From Vulcanimicrobiales bacterium (GTDB taxonomy: Bacteria; Vulcanimicrobiota; Vulcanimicrobiia; Vulcanimicrobiales; Vulcanimicrobiaceae): a DNA stretch of 31,139 nucleotides. The notes under the pieces were generated by a model. It ran no database searches, had not been told where the DNA came from, and saw only the letters and a program-made list of their open reading frames with translations. Of the stretch, positions 1-8,167 are shown one piece after another. The stretch spans positions 1-31,139 of the forward strand of contig JBBQQR010000023.1 in assembly GCA_038215615.1 (NCBI GenBank), written 5' to 3'. The position numbers and the translations under genes are program-made. The stretch's first letter is position 1. Every line of letters begins with the position of its first letter.

Positions 1-40
1 TTGCAAACGCGGCCGGGGTTCTCTACCCAAAGAATAGAAT

Positions 41-1198
41 CTAGGCCGGAGTTTTCTGTCGCTGCTGCGCTTCTAGCGCGGCTTGCAGGTCGCCGATCAG
101 ATCCTCGACGTCTTCGATTCCAACCGAGAGTCTCAAGAGCCGATCCGTCAGACCGCGCCGCTCGCGCTCTTCCTTCGGAATAGAGCCGTGCGTCATTCGC
201 GCGGGATGGCAGATGAGCGACTCGACCCCGCCTAGACTTTCCGCGAGGCTAAAATACTTCAGCGTGTTTGCAAACGCCAGCGCTTGGTTGTCATCCCCTT
301 TGAGTGTGAACGAGACCATGCCGCCAAACCCGGTCATCTGACGTTTCGCGAGCTCGTGCTGCGGATGCGAAGCCAATCCCGGATAATAGACGCGGTCAAC
401 GTCCGGCCGCGCTTCCAAGAACTGCGCCACGGCCATCGCATTGTTTTCATGTTCGCGCATGCGGAGGGCCAGGGTCTTGGCTCCGCGCATGGTCAGCCAG
501 GCATCGTGCGGACCGGGAACGCCACCAGCCGAGTTTTGCTGAAATTTGATCGCCTCGTAGAGATCTTTGTCATCGGTGATCGCCGCGCCGCCGACGACGT
601 CGCTGTGACCGCCGATATATTTGGTCGTCGAATGGACAACCACGTCGGCTCCTAGTTCAAGCGGCTGCTGAAAATAGGGTGTTGCGAAGGTGTTATCGAC
701 GGCAATGATGAGATCGGGCGCCGCGTTTGCAATGGCACGGATGTCGACCAGCGTCAGCATCGGATTGGTCGGCGTTTCGATCCACATCATCTTGGTGCTG
801 GGACGAAGCGCCTTCGCAACGGCGCCGGCGTCGGTCATATCCATGTAGGTGAATTGAAGCCCATAGCGCCCAAAGACGTTGGAAAACAGGCGGTACGTGC
901 CGCCGTACAGATCGTCCGACACGATGACGTGGTCGCCGGAAGAGAGCAGCCCGACGACCGCCGCGGTGGCGGCCACGCCGCTTGAGAAAGCGCAGCCGAA
1001 GCGCGCATTTTCGAGCGCTGCAAGCTGAATTTCCAGTGCGCGCCGGGTCGGATTGGCCGTGCGGCTGTAATCGAATCCCTTGTGAACGCCGACGGCTTCC
1101 TGCGTGTACGTCGACGTCTGATAGATCGGGACGATGGTCGCGCCCGTCGCCGGATCGGCGCCCTGTCCGGCGTGAATCGCTTTGGTGCTGAATTTCAT
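41..1198 (-). CDS. Cystathionine gamma-lyase/gamma-synthase (Cys/Met metabolism PLP enzyme)
   Basis: 385 aa; YSRTANPT, ETPTNP, DNTFATP, PLP-lysine motif HSTTKYIGGHSD, SLGGVESL, LRLSVGIE. It lies directly downstream of CBS, which favours gamma-lyase in reverse transsulfuration. Confidence 0.93.
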   Translation of the reverse strand: MKFSTKAIHAGQGADPATGATIVPIYQTSTYTQEAVGVHKGFDYSRTANPTRRALEIQLAALENARFGCAFSSGVAATAAVVGLLSSGDHVIVSDDLYGGTYRLFSNVFGRYGLQFTYMDMTDAGAVAKALRPSTKMMWIETPTNPMLTLVDIRAIANAAPDLIIAVDNTFATPYFQQPLELGADVVVHSTTKYIGGHSDVVGGAAITDDKDLYEAIKFQQNSAGGVPGPHDAWLTMRGAKTLALRMREHENNAMAVAQFLEARPDVDRVYYPGLASHPQHELAKRQMTGFGGMVSFTLKGDDNQALAFANTLKYFSLAESLGGVESLICHPARMTHGSIPKEERERRGLTDRLLRLSVGIEDVEDLIGDLQAALEAQQRQKTPA

Positions 1199-1199
1199 C

Positions 1200-2600
1200 T
1201 TAGCGCTTTACCGGTTCGGACGAGGTGGAAAGATAACTGATGATATCTTGGCGGGTGAGCACGCCGACCGGGTCGCCGTCGTCGGTGACGACGACCGCGT
1301 GATTCGCGAGCGTCAGGAGTTTATAGGCCAACTCGATCGCTTCGCTCTGATCGAGCACGGGGAACGGGCTGCCCATGACTTCGCTGACGGGTTTATGGAT
1401 GATGTCCGAGCGGTCGAAGACCGCTTGCATCACGGCGACGTCGTTGATGCTGCCGATCTGCTCGTGGTCGCGCATGACCGGAATCTGCGATATCTCATAC
1501 TGCCGAAGAAGATCGAGCGCGTTTTTGACCACGTCTGTATCTTTGACTGTGATCATCGGCGGCAGCGGACGTTTGCTTCGCAGCACGTCGCCGACGGTTG
1601 CGCGGCGCTTGCCTTCGGCGAGGAAACCGTTGGCGATCATCCACTCGTCATTAAAAATCTTCGACATATAGCCGCGGCCGGAATCCGGAAAGATCACGAC
1701 GAGCACGGCGTCTTTGGGAAGGGTCGCCGCGAGTCTGACTGCGGCCGCGGCGGCGGTGCCCGACGATCCGCCGACCAGCAAGCCTTCCTCGCGCGTAATG
1801 CGACGCGCCATCAGGAACGACTCGCGATCGGAAACGCGTACGACTTCGTCGATAACTTTTAAGTCCACGGTCTCGGGTAAGTAATTCATGCCGATGCCTT
1901 CGACCGCGAACGATTTGGGCGTATCGCCGGAATAAATCGAGCCTTCAGGATCGGCGCCGACCACGTGAATCTTCGGATTTTGTTCTTTGAGGTAGCGCGC
2001 CGTGCCCGATATGGTTCCGCCCGTGCCGATTCCCGCCACCAGGTGCGTAATCTGTCCGGCCGTTGCGTCCCAAATCTCGGGCCCGGTCGTACGGTAGTGC
2101 GCTTCAGGGTTATGCAGATTGTGAAATTGATTGGGCTGGAAAGCGCCCGCGATCTCCGACGCCAGCCGGTTTGCGACGCCGTAGTACGATTCGGGAGATT
2201 CGTTCGGCACGTTTGTCGGCGTGACGACGACCTCGGCACCATACGCGCGCAGAAGATCGACTTTTTCTTTCGACATTTTATCGGGCATGACCAAGATGCA
2301 GCGGTAACCGCGGATAGCCGCTGCCATCGCGAGCCCTGATCCCGTGTTCCCGCTGGTGGGTTCGACGATCGTTCCGCCGGGTTTGAGATGACCGCCTTTT
2401 TCGGCGGCCTCGAGCATCGTCAGCGCGGGGCGATCTTTCACGCTCCCGCCGGGGTTCATGTACTCGACCTTCGCCAGCATCAAGCACTGGGCGCCGCCGG
2501 TAACCTTGTTCAGTCGTATGAGCGGCGTTCTGCCGATGGCCTGCAGGGCGTCGTCGTAGTAACGCATGCCTGCGCGCCGGTCCGTGGCTATGGTCGCCAA
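1200..2600 (-). CDS. cbs: Cystathionine beta-synthase with C-terminal CBS domain pair
   Basis: 466 aa; NPGGSVKDR PLP lysine, EPTSGNTG, GIGTGGT, PDSGRGYMSKIFNDEWM, followed by a tandem CBS domain (TVGDVL...ISQIPV...GVLTRQDII). TTG start is preceded by GGAGG. Confidence 0.93.
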   Translation of the reverse strand: MATIATDRRAGMRYYDDALQAIGRTPLIRLNKVTGGAQCLMLAKVEYMNPGGSVKDRPALTMLEAAEKGGHLKPGGTIVEPTSGNTGSGLAMAAAIRGYRCILVMPDKMSKEKVDLLRAYGAEVVVTPTNVPNESPESYYGVANRLASEIAGAFQPNQFHNLHNPEAHYRTTGPEIWDATAGQITHLVAGIGTGGTISGTARYLKEQNPKIHVVGADPEGSIYSGDTPKSFAVEGIGMNYLPETVDLKVIDEVVRVSDRESFLMARRITREEGLLVGGSSGTAAAAAVRLAATLPKDAVLVVIFPDSGRGYMSKIFNDEWMIANGFLAEGKRRATVGDVLRSKRPLPPMITVKDTDVVKNALDLLRQYEISQIPVMRDHEQIGSINDVAVMQAVFDRSDIIHKPVSEVMGSPFPVLDQSEAIELAYKLLTLANHAVVVTDDGDPVGVLTRQDIISYLSTSSEPVKR

Positions 2601-2689
2601 GGGAAACCTCCAGAGTCGTTGAGGAGAAATCGGCTTCCGCGTGCCCCGGGCATGGCCCTCCGCTTCACTATTTCACCGGGTGAGAGTCG

Positions 2690-2711
2690 TATACTAAAAG
2701 AAGAAGGGAGG
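2690..2711 (+). promoter_or_regulatory. Putative -10 element (TATACT) and SD (GGGAGG) of the lipoprotein gene
   Basis: TATACT at 2690-2695 and GGGAGG just before ATG 2714; no good -35 found. Confidence 0.45.
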
Positions 2712-2713
2712 CT

Positions 2714-3091
2714 ATGACGCGTGCACGCCTCTTCGGCGCCGTTTTCGCAGTTCTCGCGTTGGCCGCATGTAACGACAGCGCACTGCCCCCGGGCGGGACC
2801 TATAATGCCGTGCAGGGCGTCGTGATTGACGCGGCAACCAATCAGCCCGTTGCGGGCGCGACCGTTACCATCGATACGGTACTGACGGCGACCACTGACG
2901 CGCAGGGAAAGTTTGCGTTCGCGCAAGTTCCCGCCGGTGATGTCGACGTCGTCATTACAGCCCCGGGGTACAAAGACTACAGCGCACCGGCGCGGCTCGA
3001 GCCGGACAAGCCGCTGACCCTGTCGGTCAGTCTGACAAAAGTGCAGGCTACGCCGGGGAATTCGAGCGCTCGTAAACCTGTGCGGGTTTAA
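2714..3091 (+). CDS. Lipoprotein with carboxypeptidase-regulatory-like (transthyretin-fold) domain
   Basis: Lipobox LAAC after a hydrophobic segment; G-V-V-x-D...PVAGATV...TTDAQGKF...VPAG...APGY pattern. Confidence 0.82.
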   Translation: MTRARLFGAVFAVLALAACNDSALPPGGTYNAVQGVVIDAATNQPVAGATVTIDTVLTATTDAQGKFAFAQVPAGDVDVVITAPGYKDYSAPARLEPDKPLTLSVSLTKVQATPGNSSARKPVRV

Positions 3092-4403
3092 CATAAGATG
3101 CGCGGTGGGCGATCGCACGATCGATCACGCCCAGCACCTGTTCTCCGAGTTTCTCGGGATCGTGACGTACGTTCACGGTTTCGCTAATCATCTGGGCGCG
3201 TACGGGGGTCACGCCTAGTTCGCGAATGCGGTCGACGTCTGCCGTCACCGGTATCTGGCCTTCCTTGGCATAGACCTCGCGCAATTTCGACGGCGGTTCG
3301 TCGTTGACGATCGCGTAGTCGCAAATTTTCGCGCCGGCATTTTCGATCAGCGCCTCGACGTGATCGCCGGCGGTCATCCCCTCGGTTTCACCGGGCTGCG
3401 TCATCACGTTGCAGACGTATATCTTAACGGCGGGCGATGCGGCGATCTCATGCGCGATGCGATCCACTAAAACATTTGGAACGATCGACGTGAATAGGCT
3501 GCCCGGCCCCAGAACGATGGCGTCGGCTTCGGCGATAGCCTCGACGACTTCCGCGAGTGGCGCAGCATAGCGTGGATCGAAGAAGACCTGTTTGATCCGC
3601 TGACCGGACATCGAGATGTTGGACTCGCCTTCGACAACCGTTCCGTCTTCCAATCGCGCGCATAACCGAACGACGCCGAGCGTTGAAGGCAAGACGCGCC
3701 CTTTGATGTTGAGTACGCGGCTCGATTCCTTGATCGCCTTGTCGAAGTTTCCGGTGATGCCGCTCATCGCGGCGAGGAACAGATTTCCGAAAGAATGGCC
3801 GCTCAGGCCTTCGCCTTCGCTGAAACGGTACTTGAAAAGATCCGTTACCATCGCTTCGTCGTCCGCGAGCGCCACCAAACAGTTGCGCACGTCGCCGGGC
3901 GGAAGCACGCCGAGCTCTTTTTGCAGGCGTCCCGAGCTCCCGCCGTCGTCACTGACGGTAACCACAGCCGTGAGATTACTGGTTTTGCGTTTTAAGCCGC
4001 GCAGCAGCGTGGAGAGTCCGGTACCTCCGCCGATCGCGACCACCTTGTAGCCCTGTTTCAGGCGCATCTCCATGAGCGTGTCGATGATGTTGTCGCGGCC
4101 GCCGCCGGTCGCACTCGCGCGCAAAATGGCGATGAGCCACTGCCGGATGCCAAACAAGATCAGCGCGATCCCCAGCACGGCGAAAATCCAAGCCAAGTTG
4201 GACGGCGAAAAATAGTCCGATACGAAACTATCGATCCACTCGTTGGCGTTGACGCCGGCGCCTTCGGCGACGAGGTAGCGATCGACGCCGTTCACGAGCA
4301 ACAGAATCCCAACGATCACAACGAGCAGCCAGCGTTTTACGCCCAAACCCGGATAGGCCCAGCGAAGAGCGGGCGGGAGCGATTGCAAGCGGCGTGGTTT
4401 CAT
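3048..4403 (-). CDS. yvcK: YvcK/GlmR (UPF0052) UDP-GlcNAc-binding gluconeogenesis factor with N-terminal membrane anchor
   Basis: VAIGGGTGLS, VTVSDDGGSSGRL, PPGDVRNCL, GHSFGNL, GPGSLFTSI, NVMTQPGET, RHDP; two N-terminal hydrophobic helices. Confidence 0.93.
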   Translation of the reverse strand: MKPRRLQSLPPALRWAYPGLGVKRWLLVVIVGILLLVNGVDRYLVAEGAGVNANEWIDSFVSDYFSPSNLAWIFAVLGIALILFGIRQWLIAILRASATGGGRDNIIDTLMEMRLKQGYKVVAIGGGTGLSTLLRGLKRKTSNLTAVVTVSDDGGSSGRLQKELGVLPPGDVRNCLVALADDEAMVTDLFKYRFSEGEGLSGHSFGNLFLAAMSGITGNFDKAIKESSRVLNIKGRVLPSTLGVVRLCARLEDGTVVEGESNISMSGQRIKQVFFDPRYAAPLAEVVEAIAEADAIVLGPGSLFTSIVPNVLVDRIAHEIAASPAVKIYVCNVMTQPGETEGMTAGDHVEALIENAGAKICDYAIVNDEPPSKLREVYAKEGQIPVTADVDRIRELGVTPVRAQMISETVNVRHDPEKLGEQVLGVIDRAIAHRASYVKPAQVYERSNSPA

Positions 4404-4789
4404 TTTGCGATATCTCGCGTTTCGAGCGTGACGCGCGCGTCGTCCGCGGATTCCAGGTGCGTGCTGAGCCGGCGCGCGATGTAGACCGAGCGGTGTTTTC
4501 CGCCGGTGCAGCCGACGCCGATCGTTAACTTCTGCCGATCCTTTACGTAGCGCGGCACGAGAAAGTCGACCAACGCGAAGAGGCGGTCCAAAAACGGTGC
4601 GGTGGCTGGGTCGGCTGTGACGTGAGCCGCCACGGCCGGATCAAAGCCGGTGAGCGCCTCCAGCTCCGGCTCATAGTTGGGATTGCGCAAGAAGCGCACG
4701 TCAAAAAGAAGCTCGAGGTCCGCGGGGGCGCCATACTTGAACCCGAACGCGACTATCTCTATTTCCAGTATCCGCTCCAGGATGCTCAC
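4400..4789 (-). CDS. RapZ/YvcJ C-terminal domain-only protein
   Basis: FGFKYG, FDVRFLRNP, IGVGCTGGKHRSV motifs of the RapZ C-terminal domain. Start is probably GTG 4789 (AGGAAAG upstream) rather than ATG 4813. Stop overlaps the yvcK start (ATGA). Confidence 0.85.
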   Translation of the reverse strand: MSILERILEIEIVAFGFKYGAPADLELLFDVRFLRNPNYEPELEALTGFDPAVAAHVTADPATAPFLDRLFALVDFLVPRYVKDRQKLTIGVGCTGGKHRSVYIARRLSTHLESADDARVTLETRDIAK

Positions 4790-4840
4790 GCCGCTTTCCT
4801 GGGGAAGAACCATACCGATTCACCGGAGCGTTTGATCTGC

Positions 4841-5236
4841 ATGAAACTGTTTTCGCCCGAAAAGGCCAACGCCCTCATCCCGAAGGTCGCCCCTTTGGTG
4901 GAAGAGCTATGGCGCAAGCGGCGCGACCTGGCGATCAAACTGCTCGAGAGCGAAACCGCGCTTCACGGGGTCGAACCCTCGCCCCCGATCAGAATGGCTA
5001 TCCCCCGCTCCCCGTTCGTGCCCAGCCGGTTCAGCGAACAGAAAGCTGAGATCGTTCGGATCATCAATCGCATCGAAGCCCACGGCTGTTTGCTGAAAGA
5101 CGTGGACCTAGGGCTGCTCGATTTTCCGTCGATGCGTGAGGGGCGGGCGGTGTATCTGTGCTGGAAAGCGGGCGAGCGCGAGATTGCGTACTGGCACCCG
5201 ATGGACGAGGGCTACTCGTCGCGGCGGCCGCTCTAG
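4841..5236 (+). CDS. DUF2203 family protein
   Basis: FSPEKANALIP at the N-terminus and LKDVDLGLLDFP...VYLCWKAGE..I.YWH...EGY..RRPL; start moved to ATG 4841 (GGAG upstream). Confidence 0.85.
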   Translation: MKLFSPEKANALIPKVAPLVEELWRKRRDLAIKLLESETALHGVEPSPPIRMAIPRSPFVPSRFSEQKAEIVRIINRIEAHGCLLKDVDLGLLDFPSMREGRAVYLCWKAGEREIAYWHPMDEGYSSRRPL

Positions 5237-5249
5237 TTCAAGCCGGCCG

Positions 5250-5657
5250 CTAAGCCGTTGCGGTGGCCATTACAGGCACAAAATCCTCGGCCAGACCTTG
5301 CAGGCGCACTTCACCGAACTCCGCGGTATAGGCGCCGCTCTCGACGCTCTTGATTTCGCCGACTTCCGGGACATCGGCAAGCTGCGGAATTTTCGAACGA
5401 ATCTCGTCGGGGATGCGAACCTTGTCACCGATGGCGAGCCCACCCTGCTCCCAGAGCGCGTTGAGGCTTTCGAGGAGCATCGGCAGCGGAATGCCGTAGT
5501 CTTCGCTGATCGCGCCGATCGTATGCGTTTCGCTGATCGCGCAATTCGAGCAGCCGCCTAAATGGAATTTCGCAAAAACGCGGCGCGCCCCGGCGTGCAT
5601 TTTGAAGGCTTCGTCGACGGTCATTTCCGGAGTGAATTGCTGTTGGGTCATAGCCAT
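5250..5657 (-). CDS. CxxC redox-disulfide domain protein (DUF1858/ScdA-N-like) with small beta-barrel C-terminal domain
   Basis: MTVDEA...ARRVF.KFHLGGCSNCAISETHTI...YGIP...LLESLN resembles DUF1858; C-terminal IGDKVRI...VGEIK looks SH3/KOW-like. Confidence 0.65.
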   Translation of the reverse strand: MAMTQQQFTPEMTVDEAFKMHAGARRVFAKFHLGGCSNCAISETHTIGAISEDYGIPLPMLLESLNALWEQGGLAIGDKVRIPDEIRSKIPQLADVPEVGEIKSVESGAYTAEFGEVRLQGLAEDFVPVMATATA

Positions 5658-5707
5658 ATTCTTTTGCTACAACGCCTTCGAAGCCCCGTTTAGTTTCAGG
5701 TGGCAAT

Positions 5708-6043
5708 TCGCGGAGTACGCCTGTAAGCCGGATTCTGTAGATGACGGCCATCTCTCTGGGACGCGCGTTACCGCGCGCCTCTTGCGACTTATGCTCATCG
5801 GAGGGCATCCGCCCCGTTGCCGGGGACGAGCGTCTTGCTTCAGGTGGGGTTTACCCGAGCGCGCGTCTCCGCGCACTCCGTGAGCTCTTACCTCACGATT
5901 TCAACCTTGCCGGCGGACCGGCGGTATGTTTCTGTGGCACTTTCCTTCGAGTCGCCCCGACAGGACGTTATCCTGCACCTTGCCCTAGTGAAGCCCGGAC
6001 TTTCCTCTCCCGTTAAGGAGCGGCCATCCAGCGTACTCCGCGA
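5708..6043 (-). ncRNA. rnpB: RNase P RNA, bacterial type A
   Basis: Conserved GAGGAAAGUCCGGGC, AGUGCCACAGAAA, GGUAAACCCC and ACAGAAUCCGGCUUA; 13-bp P1 helix (5708-5720 pairs with 6031-6043). Confidence 0.98.
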
Positions 6044-6048
6044 CGATG

Positions 6049-6077
6049 AGTATACGCCCGCGACGCGGTGGAGGCAA
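6049..6077 (-). promoter_or_regulatory. Sigma70-type promoter of rnpB
   Basis: TTGCCT (6077-6072), 17-nt spacer, TATACT (6054-6049), about 5 nt upstream of P1. Confidence 0.75.
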
Positions 6078-6160
6078 GAAATGCGGCCGCGCCAAAGAGC
6101 GCTCCAGCAAGCGAGGGGCCCTTAGCCGCTCGCGCTCTTTAGCAGGGCGAGTATTTGCGC

Positions 6161-6886
6161 ATGCTGACAAGCCGGCAGGCACTCGAGGTGCCGCCGCCCT
6201 TTCATTTGATCGGCGATGTCGCCGCGGGATTGACCGCGCTGGACCGTCAGTTCCGCAGTACGCAAGATCTGCGCGGTCTGTTTGTGATAGCGTATATCAC
6301 GATGACCGACACCCTAGCACAATGGGTCGACCAAGGCGTCTTTGCGGACAATCAGGTCATGGCTCGTTACGTTGTCGCATTTGCGAACGAGTATCGCCGT
6401 TCGCTCGCCCACTGGGTTGACGGCGACCGCGTCCGCGTACCGGTTGCCTGGCAGCAATCCTTCGCTGCTTGCGAGGTGAGAAGCGCTGGAATTTTCCGTT
6501 GCTTAATGCTCGGCATCAACGCTCATATGAACCGCGACCTTCCCTACGCGGTCATCAAGGCGGGAGTCGATTTGCACCGCACGAGCGATTACGAGGATCA
6601 CGTCCGCATCGATGACGTGCTGCGCCTCAACATGCCGCTGGTTCGCAGGCGGATCGCCGATGCATACGGAGCCGAGCTTCCGTTCATCCAGCGATGGCTG
6701 GGCCAATTCGCCGCTGCCGGCATCGACCGCGGCTTCAGGCGCGACCGCCAGAATTCGTGGGCGTTTGCGCAGCTGCTCGCCGCCGCAAAAACCGAATCGG
6801 CGCGCGCAGATGTTGATCGCGCGATCGAGGAACGCGCCGCCGCCGAAGGTCAAAGAATCCTGGGCTTATCACGCATGGTTGCATGA
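6161..6886 (+). CDS. DUF5995 family protein
   Basis: D.RGLF..AY..MT...F.D..........FANEY...WQQSF...MLGINAHMNRDLPYA pattern. Confidence 0.75.
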   Translation: MLTSRQALEVPPPFHLIGDVAAGLTALDRQFRSTQDLRGLFVIAYITMTDTLAQWVDQGVFADNQVMARYVVAFANEYRRSLAHWVDGDRVRVPVAWQQSFAACEVRSAGIFRCLMLGINAHMNRDLPYAVIKAGVDLHRTSDYEDHVRIDDVLRLNMPLVRRRIADAYGAELPFIQRWLGQFAAAGIDRGFRRDRQNSWAFAQLLAAAKTESARADVDRAIEERAAAEGQRILGLSRMVA

Positions 6887-6932
6887 ACGCCGAAGCGCCT
6901 AAAAAACCCATGGTTCTCGGATAAAGTCGTTG

Positions 6933-7005
6933 TGGAGACAGTCGGACTCGAACCGACGACCCCTTGCATGCCATGCAAGTGCTCTACCAACTGAGCTATG
7001 CCCCC
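6933..7005 (-). tRNA. tRNA-Ala(GGC), CCA not encoded
   Basis: GGGGGCATAGCTCAGTTGGTAGAGC-ACTTGCATGGCATGCAAG...GGTTCGAGTCCGACTGTCTCCA; G3:U70 Ala identity pair; followed by CAA. Confidence 0.97.
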
Positions 7006-7017
7006 AGACCGAGACTT

Positions 7018-7090
7018 TGGAGATGAGGGGACTCGAACCCCTGACATCCTGCTTGCAAAGCAGGCGCTCTACCAGCTGAGCTACATCCCC
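7018..7090 (-). tRNA. tRNA-Ala(TGC), CCA not encoded
   Basis: GGGGATGTAGCTCAGCTGGTAGAGCGCCTGCTTTGCAAGCAGG...GGTTCGAGTCCCCTCATCTCCA; G3:U70; followed by AAG. Confidence 0.97.
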
Positions 7091-7122
7091 AGGCGCCGGC
7101 CGCAGTTTTTTCGGCCCGCCCC

Positions 7123-7163
7123 TTAACAGGTCTTGCCCGCGGTGCGATAATCAAACGTAGGAG
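7123..7163 (+). promoter_or_regulatory. Putative sigma70 promoter and SD of the 7173 gene
   Basis: TTAACA (7123-7128), 17 nt, GATAAT (7146-7151) with a TG extension; AGGAG at 7159-7163. Confidence 0.55.
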
Positions 7164-7172
7164 TCTCAAACG

Positions 7173-7904
7173 ATGTTTCCTGCGATCATGCTCGCGGCCG
7201 TCTTTTCCAGCCAGCAATGCTGGGATATTTTTGATGGCGCTCTGCGGCATAACGCGCAGGGAGCGCATCCGGCGTACATCAGTTACGACGAGCGGATCTC
7301 GGTCCTTGGGGATAACCTGCCAATTCTCTTCAGTTTGGCTCACGTCGACTACCGCGATGACGGAACGGCGCGCGTCCTCGACCAGCGGTTCAATTATCTT
7401 CCCATTTATACTAACCACGCCGAGCCGGGCCCCCCGGAGCTGGGACCTTATGGAAAAGCTCGTTCCGCGTGGCTTCCGTTTGAAGGCGCGCGGGATCTGC
7501 CGGTGATAACGAGCGTACACGTGCTCGGCAACGTGAGCTGCAGTATTGCGGGTATCGAAGAATACAAAAGCCACCGTTCGTATCATCTCGTCTTCGGAAG
7601 CTCTGCGCAGAACAAGCCGGCGATCAAGGCGATTTGGATCGACACCGCTTCGCAAGACGTGTGGAAATTGATTGTGAGCGGCTACGTCATGTTTATCGAC
7701 TCGAACCAATCACCGCCACTGGCTGATTTTCAGGTTGAGCTGGGATACGCGGGCCCATTTCTCGTTGTGAACCACGTCGTCTGGCAGCTGCGACGGAGGG
7801 AGTACTCGCAGTACGCAAATTATTTCGGCGAATATACGCTCTCCGGGTTTACTTTTCCAAACCAACTCCCGTCCGGCTATTTTGGAAGCGGAACGCAGCG
7901 GTAG
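7173..7904 (+). CDS. Hypothetical secreted beta-rich protein (possibly LolA/outer-membrane-sorting-like fold)
   Basis: 243-aa ORF with SD and promoter; short hydrophobic N-terminus; YHLVF...AIWIDT..QDVWKL beta-strand pattern. The fold call is tentative. Confidence 0.65.
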   Translation: MFPAIMLAAVFSSQQCWDIFDGALRHNAQGAHPAYISYDERISVLGDNLPILFSLAHVDYRDDGTARVLDQRFNYLPIYTNHAEPGPPELGPYGKARSAWLPFEGARDLPVITSVHVLGNVSCSIAGIEEYKSHRSYHLVFGSSAQNKPAIKAIWIDTASQDVWKLIVSGYVMFIDSNQSPPLADFQVELGYAGPFLVVNHVVWQLRRREYSQYANYFGEYTLSGFTFPNQLPSGYFGSGTQR

Positions 7905-8078
7905 CAATTTGCGTCAGCCGGTGGCGATCCGGTAAACATCGTCGTGATCGTTGAGCCGTCACGGCGGCGAATTTTTGAAATCGCGGGACGGACGCGCGTG
8001 CTCACCATCGTCTCGGCGCCCGGCCGGCTGAACCCAGCGCCGGAAAGCACAAAGGATATTGAGCCGGCGTAAGGGCGC

Positions 8079-8155
8079 TGGTGGGCCATCCTGGTCTCGA
8101 ACCAGGGACCTCATGCTTATCAAGCATGCGCTCTAACCAACTGAGCTAATGGCCC
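8079..8155 (-). tRNA. tRNA-Ile(GAT), CCA encoded
   Basis: GGGCCATTAGCTCAGTTGGTTAGAGCGCATGCTTGATAAGCATGAGGTCCCTGGTTCGAGACCAGGATGGCCCACCA. Confidence 0.97.
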
Positions 8156-8167
8156 GGGGCACGGGCC

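Noticed and set aside
2630..2672. SAM-I riboswitch upstream of cbs (AAGCGGAGGG...GCCC resembles P2)
   Set aside because: The AUC-AGAG 5' core, kink-turn UGA, GCAACC and GUGC elements are absent.
5667..6182. Short ORFs overlapping rnpB
   Set aside because: They are explained by the RNase P RNA gene and have no protein motifs.
6899..6918. Intrinsic terminator after the tRNA-Ala pair
   Set aside because: A U-tract is present on the - strand, but the stem is short and weak (GAACC/GGTTT), so it was not called.
7124..7150. Sigma28-like promoter (TAAC-N15-TGCGATAA) before the 7173 gene
   Set aside because: A sigma70 reading (TTAACA-17-GATAAT with TG extension) fits the same bases at least as well.
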